Positions 33,916 to 43,688 of a DNA stretch of 64,000 bases are shown here, one piece after another. Where the stretch lies: NCBI GenBank assembly GCA_015068345.1, contig SVKS01000001.1, positions 3,712 through 67,711 of the forward strand. The letters run 5' to 3'. Source of the DNA: Oscillospiraceae bacterium. GTDB taxonomy: Bacteria; Bacillota; Clostridia; Oscillospirales; QAMX01. Each line of letters starts with the position of its first letter. The stretch's first letter is position 1. The notes under the pieces were generated by a model. That model was not told the DNA's origin. It did no database searches and worked only from the letters and a program-made list of their open reading frames with translations. The translations under genes were made by a program, and so were the position numbers.

Positions 33916-34470
33916 ATGGAAGTGAAAGACAATAAAAAAGCCATGCTCTGGGCACTGCTTCTGGTTGCCCTGATTGCAGGCGCTGTCCTGCTTTACGGTT
34001 GGATGAGTGAACGTTACGACGGGGATACCATAGCAGAAAATGAAGCCGGGGATACTCAACTGGCCCCCGATTTTACCGTGTACGACGGAGAGGGCAACCC
34101 GGTGAAGCTGTCGGATTATCGGGGGAAGCCGGTGGTGATCAACTTCTGGGCTACCTGGTGTTATTATTGTAAGGAAGAGATGCCGGACTTTGACGAGGCA
34201 GCCAAAGCCTATCCCGACGTGCAATTTTTGATGGTGAACGCCACCGACGGCATCCGGGAAACGGTGGAAAAAGCCAAGGCTTACGTGGCGGAGGAGGGAT
34301 TTACCTTCCCGGTGGTATATGATACCGACTGGGATGCGGTATCGTCCTACTATGTGACCGGATTTCCCACTACCTATTTTATAGGGGCAGATGGCACGGT
34401 GGTCACCGGTGCCGGGGGTATGATTGACCGGGCGACCCTGGAACAGGGGATTGGCATGATTTTGGAATAA
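33916..34470 (+). CDS. membrane-anchored TlpA/ResA/StoA-like thiol-disulfide oxidoreductase
   Basis: N-terminal TM anchor and a thioredoxin fold with NFWATWCYYCKEEMP (CxxC = CYYC). Confidence 0.8.
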   Translation: MEVKDNKKAMLWALLLVALIAGAVLLYGWMSERYDGDTIAENEAGDTQLAPDFTVYDGEGNPVKLSDYRGKPVVINFWATWCYYCKEEMPDFDEAAKAYPDVQFLMVNATDGIRETVEKAKAYVAEEGFTFPVVYDTDWDAVSSYYVTGFPTTYFIGADGTVVTGAGGMIDRATLEQGIGMILE

Positions 34471-34481
34471 AGGAAACAAAA

Positions 34482-34507
34482 AACCGATTGCAATGCAATC
34501 GGTTTTT
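34482..34507 (+). terminator. rho-independent terminator
   Basis: AACCGATTGCA-A-TGCAATCGGTT followed by TTT. Confidence 0.7.
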
Positions 34508-34564
34508 CTGTATAATACGGGGTGGTAAAACTTGCCGCTCCGGCGGCGGAAAATGAGGCAGACT

Positions 34565-35728
34565 ATGGCATCACTCCTGTTGGCGGTTATCTATCTGGCT
34601 TTTATCAGCACCGGACTCCCGGACTCTCTTCTAGGCTCGGCCTGGCCCCTGATGGTGGGTGGGTTTGAGGTACCCCTTTCCTATGCGGGAGCCATCTCCA
34701 CCATTATTTTTTCGGGAAGCATTGTGGCAAGCCTCTCCTCCGACCGCCTGCTCCGTCGGTTTGGGGTGGGGATGGTGACTGCCGGCAGTACCCTCCTGAC
34801 GGTGGTTGGCATGGTGGGTTTCAGTTTGGCCCCTTCCTTCCCGGTGCTTTGTCTGGCGGCGGTCCCCTACGGTCTCGGATCGGGAGCCATTGATGCAGCG
34901 CTGAATAATTACGTAGCTCTTCATTATGCCGCCCGGCACATGAACTGGCTCCATTGCTGTTGGGGTGTTGGGGCAAGCCTGGGTCCCTACGTTATGGGGG
35001 CTGCGGTGAGTGCCAACCAGGGGTGGCGCATGGGTTACGGGTGGAATGCTGTGATCCAGGCGGTTTTGACGTTAATCCTTTTCCTTTCCCTGCCTCTTTG
35101 GAAAAAGAATGGGGATCGGGGAATGACGAAAAAGGAATCCGAGCCCTCCATTGGTCTGGTGGGGGCCGTGAAGCTTCCGGGAGTCAAGGCTATGATGCTG
35201 GCGTTTGTGGGCTATTGCGGCTTTGAATCTACAGTGAACCTTTGGACCAGCAGTTATCTGGTGGAATTTAAGCATATCGATGCGGATGCGGCGGCCAGCC
35301 TGGCTTCCCTCTTCTTTATGGGGATCACCATTGGCCGGTTTGTGTCCGGTTTTGTGGCCGATCGGGTTGGGGACCGGAATATGATTCGTCTTGGCGCCGG
35401 GATCATCTTCCTGGGTGCGGCGTTGATTGCGCTTCCCATTGCCAGCGAAGGAATTGCCCTGGTGGGCTTTCTGCTCATTGGGATCGGAGCGGCACCTATC
35501 TATCCCTCCCTGGTGCATGCCATTCCCCATCATTTTGGCACCGCCCATTCCCGGGCGGTGACGGCGGCGCAAATGGCCGGTGCCAGCACAGCCAACACCC
35601 TCATGCCGCCTCTGTTTGGGGTGATTGCCCAGTATGTGGATATTGGCTTCTTCCCGCTTTTCATGGGGGCCTTCATTGCATTGATGCTATGGATGTATGA
35701 AAGCGTTTCCCGAAAAAACAAGGTATAA
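34565..35728 (+). CDS. MFS transporter
   Basis: 12 predicted hydrophobic helices. Start is probably ATG 34565 (GAGG RBS); the ORF track starts at TTG 34532. Confidence 0.75.
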   Translation: MASLLLAVIYLAFISTGLPDSLLGSAWPLMVGGFEVPLSYAGAISTIIFSGSIVASLSSDRLLRRFGVGMVTAGSTLLTVVGMVGFSLAPSFPVLCLAAVPYGLGSGAIDAALNNYVALHYAARHMNWLHCCWGVGASLGPYVMGAAVSANQGWRMGYGWNAVIQAVLTLILFLSLPLWKKNGDRGMTKKESEPSIGLVGAVKLPGVKAMMLAFVGYCGFESTVNLWTSSYLVEFKHIDADAAASLASLFFMGITIGRFVSGFVADRVGDRNMIRLGAGIIFLGAALIALPIASEGIALVGFLLIGIGAAPIYPSLVHAIPHHFGTAHSRAVTAAQMAGASTANTLMPPLFGVIAQYVDIGFFPLFMGAFIALMLWMYESVSRKNKV

Positions 35729-35734
35729 AACAAG

Positions 35735-35773
35735 GACGCGAATGGGGTGTTTCCCATTCGCGTCTTCTTTTTT
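35735..35773. terminator. bidirectional rho-independent terminator
   Basis: GACGCGAATGGG-GTGTTT-CCCATTCGCGTC followed by TTCTTTTTT, between convergent genes. Confidence 0.8.
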
Positions 35774-38360
35774 ATTGACCAAACAGATTGCCAATGATCT
35801 CGCCAAGCCCACCGCCGCCGTTGTTATCGGTCCCGGTGTTGGGATCGGAGGGGAGGTTGGGATCCTCCGGCAGAATCGGCTCGGGTTCAGGTTCTGGCTC
35901 GGGTTCAGCGGCATGGGTAGTGCAGAATTTATCGTGTTCCTTGGTGATACCGTTGACGTAGTAGAACAGACCCTTGTGGCCTTTGGCTTCGTAGGTGGAT
36001 TTGGCCCAGGGAAGCATATCCATGTATTCTTCGGGGATTTCCACCTTGATGGCGTAATGCTTTTGATCCTTGGTCTCGATGCTTCCGGCCAGAGAGTCCC
36101 TCTCAATATTCGGAGCACTGACCGACTTGGTTTCCAGACAGTAGGGGGTTGCCAGCATGTTGGTTTCCTTGCAAAGCACGATCTCCTCGTGGCAGGTGCA
36201 CCTTTCCTTGGGCTGATCGCCGGGATAGAAGGACCCGCTTGCCACCCGGGTACCCCGGGCATCCTTGCTGCAGAACTCGTTGGGAGCCAAGCCGCAGTCC
36301 AGACAATAGCTGGCAGAAACCAACTTTTCCGGAACGTCAAATTTGGCTTCGGGAAGGCCCTTGTGCAGCTCATCCATGACCTTTTTCCACAAATTCAAAG
36401 CCGGGTTGCCGTCGGCTCCCTTGATTTCCTTTGGATAATCGTAGCCATACCAAACACCGCCTACGTAATAGGGGGTGTAACCAATGAACAGACGGTCCAT
36501 GTCGGAGTTGGTGGTACCAGTCTTACCGGCAGTATCAATGCCCTTGATCTTTGCCTTGGTGGAAGTACCCTGGGTAACCGCACTCTTGAGCATGTAGGTC
36601 ATGTAATAGTTGGCCTTTTCGGAAAGAACATCGGTGGAATCATGGACGTTGTCGATGATGACGTTGCCCTCACCGTCGGTAATCATGGTGTAGCAACGGG
36701 GGGAATTGTGAACCCCGTCGTTGGTGAAGGTGGTGTAGGCACTGGTGAGCTCCAGGAGGGACACACCGTTATAAAAACCGCCCAGGGCCAGCGAACCGTA
36801 GTTCAGGTCGCCGTCTTCGGTTTTGCCCTCCAAGGAGGAAATACCAAATTTGCTTTCCAGGTAGGAATAGCTGGTGGTCAAACCCAACTGTTTTACAAGC
36901 TCTACGGCGGTGGTATTAATGGAAAGCTCCACGGCTTTTCTCATGGTGACCCGACCGTAGAAGCCGCTGTAGTAGTTTTTCGGGTAGGTCTTCAGGGGGC
37001 CCTTGAAGGTGTTGGGATCCTCCACCAGGGTGCCGTTTTTGTCGGTGTAGAGGGAGGGGTAGTCGTCTGCTACGGTGAAGGGGGTAATGAGCCCTTCCTC
37101 CAGGGCAGGACCATAGGAGGTCAGGGGCTTGATGGAGGAACCCACCGACCGGAGGGATTTTGCCCGGTTGAGAACACGGGCACCCTGTTTGGTGCCCCGG
37201 CCACCCACAACACCCAGGATATCGCCATCGGGGGAGTAGGTGATCATGGCGCTTTGGGGCTGGGTAATACCCTTCAGTCGCTGGAAGTTATCGCTGTTGG
37301 TATAAACCGATTCCATGACTTCCTGTACGTGGGGATCCATGGTGGTGTAAATCTGCAAACCGCCGGAATAGAGCAGACGGGTTGCTACTTCCTTACTATA
37401 GCCCAGCTGGGACTGCAGATCCTTGATGACGGTGTCTACCACCAGGTCCACAAAATAAGAGGGAACCTCTTCGGTTTCATCTTCTTCGGTTTCGGTATCC
37501 CGGTAGAAGGCAAGTTCCTCGTTTTTGGCGTTTTCGTACTCGCCATCGGTGATCAGACCCAACTCGTGCATTTTCCAAAGGATATCCTTCTGGCGGTCCA
37601 GGTTATGTTCGGGATAAACAAAGGGATCGTAGTAGGAGGGGAGATTGGTAATGCCTGCGATGGAGGCGCATTCTGCCAGGGACAGGTCCTTCACGTCTTT
37701 TCCGAAGTAAACGTGGGCGGCAGTCTGGACCCCATAGCACCCTTGGGACAGGTTGATGGTGTTCAGGTAGAGCTCCAGAATGTCTTCCTTGCTCATGTTT
37801 TCTTCCAATTCCAGAGCACGCAGAATTTCCTGGATTTTACGCTGGACGGTGACGTCGTCGTCGCCGGTCATATTTTTAATAAGCTGTTGGGTGATGGTGG
37901 AACCGCCGTAGCTGGAGGAGAAGCCGGTCAAAAGTTTGATGCCGGCACCCATGGTACGCTTCCAGTCCACACCCTTGTGGGTCCAGAATCGCTCATCTTC
38001 AATGGCGGTAATGGCCTTTTTCAGGTAATCCGGGATGTCTTCATAATCCACCCATTCCCGGTTTTGCTCCCCATGGAGGGTGTAAAGGATTTGATTGTTT
38101 CCCTCCGAATCGGTTGCGAAAATCTGGGTGGAGTAGTTCAGCTCGGTGGAGGTAATGGTCATGTCCATGTCGGTATCAATATATTTATTGATGTAAATCC
38201 CCGCTGCCATCAGGCAGATGGAGCCGGTGATAACCATAACCAAAACAACAGCCAGGATAGCCTTGAAAATGGTGCCAAATATGTTGTTTTTCAAACGATC
38301 CCGCTTCTTAGGCTTGGCACGGGATACGCATTTTCTTAAAAAGGACTTAAGATCTGCCAA
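35772..38360 (-). CDS. class A penicillin-binding protein (PBP1A-type glycosyltransferase/transpeptidase) with a long C-terminal extension
   Basis: GT51 motifs EDERFWTHKGVD and GGSTITQQL. Transpeptidase motifs SVGSSIKP (SxxK) and KTGTT. The tail of about 200 aa has 9 Cys and an (EP)n repeat. Confidence 0.9.
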   Translation of the reverse strand: MADLKSFLRKCVSRAKPKKRDRLKNNIFGTIFKAILAVVLVMVITGSICLMAAGIYINKYIDTDMDMTITSTELNYSTQIFATDSEGNNQILYTLHGEQNREWVDYEDIPDYLKKAITAIEDERFWTHKGVDWKRTMGAGIKLLTGFSSSYGGSTITQQLIKNMTGDDDVTVQRKIQEILRALELEENMSKEDILELYLNTINLSQGCYGVQTAAHVYFGKDVKDLSLAECASIAGITNLPSYYDPFVYPEHNLDRQKDILWKMHELGLITDGEYENAKNEELAFYRDTETEEDETEEVPSYFVDLVVDTVIKDLQSQLGYSKEVATRLLYSGGLQIYTTMDPHVQEVMESVYTNSDNFQRLKGITQPQSAMITYSPDGDILGVVGGRGTKQGARVLNRAKSLRSVGSSIKPLTSYGPALEEGLITPFTVADDYPSLYTDKNGTLVEDPNTFKGPLKTYPKNYYSGFYGRVTMRKAVELSINTTAVELVKQLGLTTSYSYLESKFGISSLEGKTEDGDLNYGSLALGGFYNGVSLLELTSAYTTFTNDGVHNSPRCYTMITDGEGNVIIDNVHDSTDVLSEKANYYMTYMLKSAVTQGTSTKAKIKGIDTAGKTGTTNSDMDRLFIGYTPYYVGGVWYGYDYPKEIKGADGNPALNLWKKVMDELHKGLPEAKFDVPEKLVSASYCLDCGLAPNEFCSKDARGTRVASGSFYPGDQPKERCTCHEEIVLCKETNMLATPYCLETKSVSAPNIERDSLAGSIETKDQKHYAIKVEIPEEYMDMLPWAKSTYEAKGHKGLFYYVNGITKEHDKFCTTHAAEPEPEPEPEPILPEDPNLPSDPNTGTDNNGGGGLGEIIGNLFGQ

Positions 38361-38372
38361 ATTTCTACCTCC

Positions 38373-38696
38373 TTATTTCCTCTCGCGGTTTGCAATTTTG
38401 GAGAGCAGAATCATGTCGTCGGGTTGGACTGTATCGGTGGCGGCCTTGTTTTGGGTTTGGTAGCCGCATTTGTCGCATCGGTGCAGGATCATCCACCCCT
38501 TGTTACCCTTGTAATCCACGCCGATGGGGCGCAATACCCCACCGCAGTCGGACGCCCGGTCTCCCGGGGTGACGTCCACGTGCTTGGAGGAAAGGCAAAA
38601 GGGACAATGGTTGCGGTAACTGCCGTTGGTGACGGGAAGCACCTCCCGGCCGCAAACTTCGCAAATGAATCCGGTATTTTCGCTTTTTCTTGACAT
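38373..38696 (-). CDS. RNHCP-domain zinc-ribbon protein (function unknown)
   Basis: CEVCG...YRNHCPFC...CGG...CDKCG. I recognise the RNHCP motif as a domain of unknown function. Confidence 0.7.
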   Translation of the reverse strand: MSRKSENTGFICEVCGREVLPVTNGSYRNHCPFCLSSKHVDVTPGDRASDCGGVLRPIGVDYKGNKGWMILHRCDKCGYQTQNKAATDTVQPDDMILLSKIANRERK

Positions 38697-38746
38697 AGTG
38701 TAACCTCAACCCAGAAACGGTATGCCTAAAACTTCCATAGAAAGTT

Positions 38747-39430
38747 TTATTTTGATTGTGTGTAATCCCGGGGGCCGAACAACCCGGAGCCGATGCGAAC
38801 CATGGTGGCACCCGCCAGAATGGCTTCCTTGTAGTCGGCGGTCATGCCCATGGAAAGAATATCCAGGGAATATGCGTCCCGAAGGGCATCAAAGAGAGCC
38901 CGAGCAGCCCGGAAGTAGGGGGTAGGATCTTCCCCGACGGGAGCGACGGTCATGAGACCCCGGACTTTGACGTGGGGGAAGGCTTTCAAATAGCGGAGAA
39001 ATTCCTCCACCCTTTCGGGGGGAATACCGCTTTTGGTCTCCTCGGTGCCTGAATGTACCTCCACCAAAACTTCCTGTACCAGCCCTTTTCGGGCGGCTAC
39101 TCTCTCAATGGCTTCGGCGGCACTTTCGGTACACAGGGAATGGATCAGGTCGGCTTTGCCCACCAGATACTTGGCTTTGTTGGATTGCAGGGTGCCGATA
39201 AAGTGGAGGGAAGCTCCGGCATAGGCGTTTTCCTCGTACTTGCGGCAAAGCTCATCTGCCTTGTTTTCCCCTACAAGGGTGACCCCTGCTTCTATGACGG
39301 ACTGAATCTCTTCTTTGTTCCGTGTTTTTGTGGCGGCAAGCAATTCCACCGGATGTCCAGCCTCTTTGACAAGGTTGGCGATCTCCGAAAGGTAACGTGC
39401 CGTGTTTTCCTGAATGGTTGTATGGCTCAT
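38747..39430 (-). CDS. yggS: YggS-family pyridoxal-phosphate homeostasis protein
   Basis: AATKTR (PLP Lys), HFIGTLQSNKAKY, MGMTADY, 227 aa. Confidence 0.88.
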   Translation of the reverse strand: MSHTTIQENTARYLSEIANLVKEAGHPVELLAATKTRNKEEIQSVIEAGVTLVGENKADELCRKYEENAYAGASLHFIGTLQSNKAKYLVGKADLIHSLCTESAAEAIERVAARKGLVQEVLVEVHSGTEETKSGIPPERVEEFLRYLKAFPHVKVRGLMTVAPVGEDPTPYFRAARALFDALRDAYSLDILSMGMTADYKEAILAGATMVRIGSGLFGPRDYTQSK

Positions 39431-40239
39431 ACTGGATTTCCTTTGGGTTCGAAGGGAACCAAAATGGGGGTTCGGTGTTCGTAAATGGTGTAGGAATCAA
39501 AACCGGCCCGACGCAGGATTCCCTCTGCCAGATCGAAGCTGTGCATCAGATCGCCGGTGTTGTGGGCGTCGGAACCCACGGTAACCAGGGTGCCGCCCAA
39601 CTCCCGGTAGCGGCGGATGACCCCTTCCATCAGGTGGGGATATCCCTTCCGCAGGGTGGCGGTGTTGAGCTCCAGGGATTTCCCCCGGGAAATGACGATG
39701 CGTAAAACCTCGTCCAGTTCTTCCGGAAAATCTTCCAGCTCCAGAATCTCACCGCAGGAAACATAGAAATACCGCAGAGGATAATCAATGTGTCCAAGGG
39801 TATCATATTCTGCCTCGCCAGCAAAGGAGACAAGCTCCGACATATAACGTCGAAGGACGGCTTCGCAATCGGCCCGGTCGGGGTATTCGTGATAGATCAT
39901 GCTGAAATTCCCTGAAAGGCGATGGAGCGACCCGATGACATACTCGTAATCCTGCATGGAAAGGATTCGCTGGGAAATGGCGGGGAAAGCGGTGGCCTGA
40001 CCGAATTCAATGGAAAGGGGCAGACGGATCCCCTCAGGAAGATGCTTCCTGGCTTCCAGCATGGTCTTCCCCATAAAATTGGTGTAGGGGTTGCCTTCCT
40101 TGTCGAAATTGGTGTCGGCGTGCTCGGTGAGATACAGGTGGGTCATCCCCCGGGAAATGGCGGCTTCAGCCATTTCCCAAAGGGTGGATTTGCCATCGTG
40201 GGAACAGGTAGAGTGGGTGTGGGTATCAACGGTAATCAT
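39427..40239 (-). CDS. PHP-family histidinol-phosphatase-like hydrolase
   Basis: DTHTHSTCSHDG, YLTEHAD, GSDAH motifs of the PHP domain. Confidence 0.75.
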   Translation of the reverse strand: MITVDTHTHSTCSHDGKSTLWEMAEAAISRGMTHLYLTEHADTNFDKEGNPYTNFMGKTMLEARKHLPEGIRLPLSIEFGQATAFPAISQRILSMQDYEYVIGSLHRLSGNFSMIYHEYPDRADCEAVLRRYMSELVSFAGEAEYDTLGHIDYPLRYFYVSCGEILELEDFPEELDEVLRIVISRGKSLELNTATLRKGYPHLMEGVIRRYRELGGTLVTVGSDAHNTGDLMHSFDLAEGILRRAGFDSYTIYEHRTPILVPFEPKGNPV

Positions 40240-41528
40240 TTGCGGATGTAGGCGATCATACCGGCGTAGTCGGAAATATCAAATTCTTCGGAGGTGTGGT
40301 TTGCCATGTCTTTCACGGTGATGCGGCCGGCTTCTACTTCGTTGCCGCCAAGAATGATAACATAGGGGATGTTTTCCTTGTTGGCATAGTCCAGGGATTT
40401 TTTCATCTTGCGTTTTACGGTTTCCAGGGTGACCCGCAGGCCCTCCCGGCGAAGTCCCATGGCCAGGGCTACGCTGGCGTTTTCGGTGCCCATGGGAACG
40501 ATGAAGAGCTCGGTTTCGGTGCCCTTGTTGGCCTGACCACGCTCGATCAGGACGGCGTAGATCACGTCCAGACCGAAGGTCATGCCAACGGCGGGGATGT
40601 CACGGCCGCCGGAAAGCTTACCAATAATGTTGTCGTAACGGCCGCCGGCACCGATGCTGGAGGTAACGCCACCCTCGGTCATGAATACTTCCCAAACGCA
40701 GCCGGTGTAAATATCCAGGCCACGGGCCAGGTGGGGGGCGTAAACGATGGAATTGGTAATACCCGCGGCATCCAGCATACCGTAAAGCTCCTTCAGGTCG
40801 GCAATACCGGCATTGAGCAGGTCGTTGCCTTCCCCGGCTTCGGCACAAAGCTGGTCAAAGGGCATGGCAAACAGGTCGAAAAGGCGTTCCAGGCGTTCGG
40901 GAGCAATACCGGTTTCGGAGAGCTCGTCGGCAACCCCCTTGCGGCCGATCTTCTTGAGCTTGTCCACCGAGGTGATGACGGCGGCGGTAAGCTCTTCGGG
41001 AATACCTGCAAGCAGGATGATACCCGAAAGCAGCTTGCGACTGGAAAGCTCAATGCGGATAGGGAGTTCCAGACGCTGGAAAACTTCCACCGTCATGGTC
41101 AGGAATTCCACTTCGGCGGTAAGGCTGTCAGCACCTGCCATGTCCACGTCACACTGGGTGAATTCCCGGTTGCGGCCCGACTTGACGGGGCCGTTGCGGA
41201 ACACGTGACCGATTTCGTAGCGCTTGAAGGGCATGGTCAGCTGGGGATTCATGGCCACCAGCTTGCAAAGAGGAACTGTCAGGTCATAACGCAGGGCCAG
41301 GTCACGGCCACCCTGGTCGGTGAGGGAGTAGACCTCCTTCAAAATCTCGGCGCCCCCGGCATATTTGCTGGCCAAAAGGTCCAGGTAGTTGATGATGGGG
41401 GTCTCCACCGGGGAAAAACCGTACTTTTCAAAGCATTCGGTGAGGATTTTGGTAATATCGCGTCTGACGCGCTGGCGCTCCGGCAGATAGTCGAAGGCGC
41501 CCTTGATGTTTCTGGCAAGATCGGACAT
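40236..41528 (-). CDS. hisS: histidine--tRNA ligase
   Basis: Class II motifs: LRYDLTVP, FKRYEIGHVFRN...REFTQCD, and GAGGRYDN (motif 3). A C-terminal anticodon-binding domain is also present, so this is HisS rather than HisZ. Confidence 0.88.
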   Translation of the reverse strand: MSDLARNIKGAFDYLPERQRVRRDITKILTECFEKYGFSPVETPIINYLDLLASKYAGGAEILKEVYSLTDQGGRDLALRYDLTVPLCKLVAMNPQLTMPFKRYEIGHVFRNGPVKSGRNREFTQCDVDMAGADSLTAEVEFLTMTVEVFQRLELPIRIELSSRKLLSGIILLAGIPEELTAAVITSVDKLKKIGRKGVADELSETGIAPERLERLFDLFAMPFDQLCAEAGEGNDLLNAGIADLKELYGMLDAAGITNSIVYAPHLARGLDIYTGCVWEVFMTEGGVTSSIGAGGRYDNIIGKLSGGRDIPAVGMTFGLDVIYAVLIERGQANKGTETELFIVPMGTENASVALAMGLRREGLRVTLETVKRKMKKSLDYANKENIPYVIILGGNEVEAGRITVKDMANHTSEEFDISDYAGMIAYIRK

Positions 41529-41540
41529 ATAATTACTTCC

Positions 41541-42974
41541 TTACTTTCTGATGATTTTGGGTCCGTTGGGGGTATCCTCTACGGTAATGTTCATGGCAGC
41601 GAGCATGTCGCGGATTTCATCGGCACGCTTGAAGTTCTTGGCCTTACGGGCTTCCACACGTTCGGCAACCAGGGCCAGAATTTCCGCATCGGCCTCGTTT
41701 ACTTCGGCGGGAGCGGCACTTTCTTCCTGCTTCTTTGCGGCATATTCATCAGCCATTTCCAAAAGGGACAGGGACAGGACCTTGTCGAATTCGCCGATCA
41801 GGGTGCGCTTGGTGAAATCGTTGGTCTTGGCCTTGAGTACGTCGTAAAGGGCGGTGATGGCCAGGGAGGTATTGATGTCGTTTTCCAAAGCTTCCTTGAA
41901 GGAGGCACGCAGTTTTGCGGCGGCTTCTTCATCCAGGGGCATTTCGTCCTTGGAAAGGGCGGCGATACGGCCCAGGAGCTTTTCGTAGGTGACGGTGGTG
42001 TTGTCCAGGGCTTCGTAGGAGAAAACCAGGGCTTTCCGGTAATGGGACTGCAGGCAGAAGAGACGGTAAACCATGGGGTCGTAGCCCTTGGATTCCAGAA
42101 GGGATACCGTCAGGAATTCCCCCTTGGACTTGCTCATTTTGCCGCCGGAGGTATTCAGGTGAAGCACGTGGAACCAGTTGCTGCACCATTTGTGACCCAG
42201 GTAGGCTTCGCTCTGGGCGATTTCGTTGGTGTGGTGGGGGAAGGCGTTGTCGATACCGCCGCAATGGATATCCAGGTATTCACCAAGGTACTTGGTGCTG
42301 ATGGCGGAGCATTCAATGTGCCAGCCGGGATAACCAACACCCCAGGGGGAATCCCATTTCAGCTCCTGGTCTTCGAATTTGGACTTGGTGAACCACAGAA
42401 CGAAGTCGATCTTGTTGCGCTTGTTGGAGTCTTCCTCCACCCCTTCCCGGACGCCGGTTTCCAGATCTTCGGCGTCATGCTTGTTGAATACGTAGTATTC
42501 CGAAAGCTTGGAGGTATCGAAGTAGATGTTGCCGCCGGCTTCGTAGGCATAGCCCTTTTCCAGAAGCTTGGAGACCATTTCGATGAATTCGGGGATGCAG
42601 GAGGTGGCGGGGACTACCTTGCCGGGAATGCGGATGTTGAGCTTTTTACAATCGTCGAAGAAGGCGTTGGTGTAGAACTGAGCGATCTCCATGACGGTTT
42701 TCTTTTCCCGCTTGGCACCCTTCAGCATCTTATCCTCGCCGGTATCGGCGTCGCTGGAAAGGTGACCCACGTCGGTGATGTTCATGCAACGATCCACTTC
42801 GTAGCCAACATATTCTAAAGATTTTTCCAGAACGTCTTCCATGATGTAGCTGCGCAGGTTGCCGATGTGGGCAAAATGGTATACGGTAGGCCCGCAGGTG
42901 TACATCTTTACCTTGCCGGGCTCATGGGTGACAAATTCGTCGCGGGTACGGGTCAGAGTGTTGTAAAGTTTCAT
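41541..42974 (-). CDS. cysS: cysteine--tRNA ligase
   Basis: [16 protein letters not shown] (HIGH), WHIECS, KMSKS. Confidence 0.95.
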   Translation of the reverse strand: MKLYNTLTRTRDEFVTHEPGKVKMYTCGPTVYHFAHIGNLRSYIMEDVLEKSLEYVGYEVDRCMNITDVGHLSSDADTGEDKMLKGAKREKKTVMEIAQFYTNAFFDDCKKLNIRIPGKVVPATSCIPEFIEMVSKLLEKGYAYEAGGNIYFDTSKLSEYYVFNKHDAEDLETGVREGVEEDSNKRNKIDFVLWFTKSKFEDQELKWDSPWGVGYPGWHIECSAISTKYLGEYLDIHCGGIDNAFPHHTNEIAQSEAYLGHKWCSNWFHVLHLNTSGGKMSKSKGEFLTVSLLESKGYDPMVYRLFCLQSHYRKALVFSYEALDNTTVTYEKLLGRIAALSKDEMPLDEEAAAKLRASFKEALENDINTSLAITALYDVLKAKTNDFTKRTLIGEFDKVLSLSLLEMADEYAAKKQEESAAPAEVNEADAEILALVAERVEARKAKNFKRADEIRDMLAAMNITVEDTPNGPKIIRK

Positions 42975-43684
42975 ACTTCTTCCTCTTTTCTATGTGCGAG
43001 GGCTTCCTCCAGACGGAGAAGGCGTTCCTCCAATTTGGCAAATTCCTGGGCAACAGGGTCAGGGATATGGATCTGGTCCAGTTCGTCGGTTTCTTCCGTC
43101 AAGGGCTTTCCGGCGACACGGACCACCTGGGCCGGCACACCCACGGCGGTGGCATCGGCTGGGATTTCGGTTAAAACCACCGCACCGGCGGCGATTTTGG
43201 CATTGTCCCCCACCCGGAAGGGGCCGAGGACCTTGGCACCACTGCCGATCATCACGTTGTTGCCGATGGTGGGATGTCGTTTTCCCACGTGTTTCCCGGT
43301 ACCGCCCAGGGTGACACCCTGGTAGATGGTGCAGTCGTCGCCGATTTCGGCGGTCTCGCCGATCACCACCGACATACCGTGGTCGATCAGGAGTCCCCGG
43401 CCAATGGTGGCACCGGGGTGGATCTCAATACCGGTGATAAAGCGGGAAAGCTGGGAAAGGCAACGGGCGGAAAAATATTTTTCCTGCAAAAACAGGGCGT
43501 GAGCACCCCGATGGAGCATTACGGCGTGGAGCCCCGGGTACAGAAGCAACACCTGGGCGTAGGACACGGCGGCGGGGTCCCGCTCCATGATCTTCTTGAC
43601 GTCGTAGTCAATGGCAGAAATGTTTTTTTGAATGGTTTGAAGGGCCTTTTTGCCCTTTTTCTGAAGCTTTTGATAGGGAGTCAT
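42971..43684 (-). CDS. cysE: serine O-acetyltransferase
   Basis: N-terminal SATase helical domain plus hexapeptide repeats (GIEIHPGATIG...IGETAEIGDDCTIYQGVTLGG). Confidence 0.9.
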   Translation of the reverse strand: MTPYQKLQKKGKKALQTIQKNISAIDYDVKKIMERDPAAVSYAQVLLLYPGLHAVMLHRGAHALFLQEKYFSARCLSQLSRFITGIEIHPGATIGRGLLIDHGMSVVIGETAEIGDDCTIYQGVTLGGTGKHVGKRHPTIGNNVMIGSGAKVLGPFRVGDNAKIAAGAVVLTEIPADATAVGVPAQVVRVAGKPLTEETDELDQIHIPDPVAQEFAKLEERLLRLEEALAHRKEEEV

Positions 43685-43688
43685 GGGA

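Noticed and set aside
35697-42818. 880-aa (35697-38339) and 840-aa (40296-42818) plus-strand ORFs
   Set aside because: They are antisense to the PBP1A gene and to hisS/cysS, all of which have canonical motifs. They are shadow ORFs.
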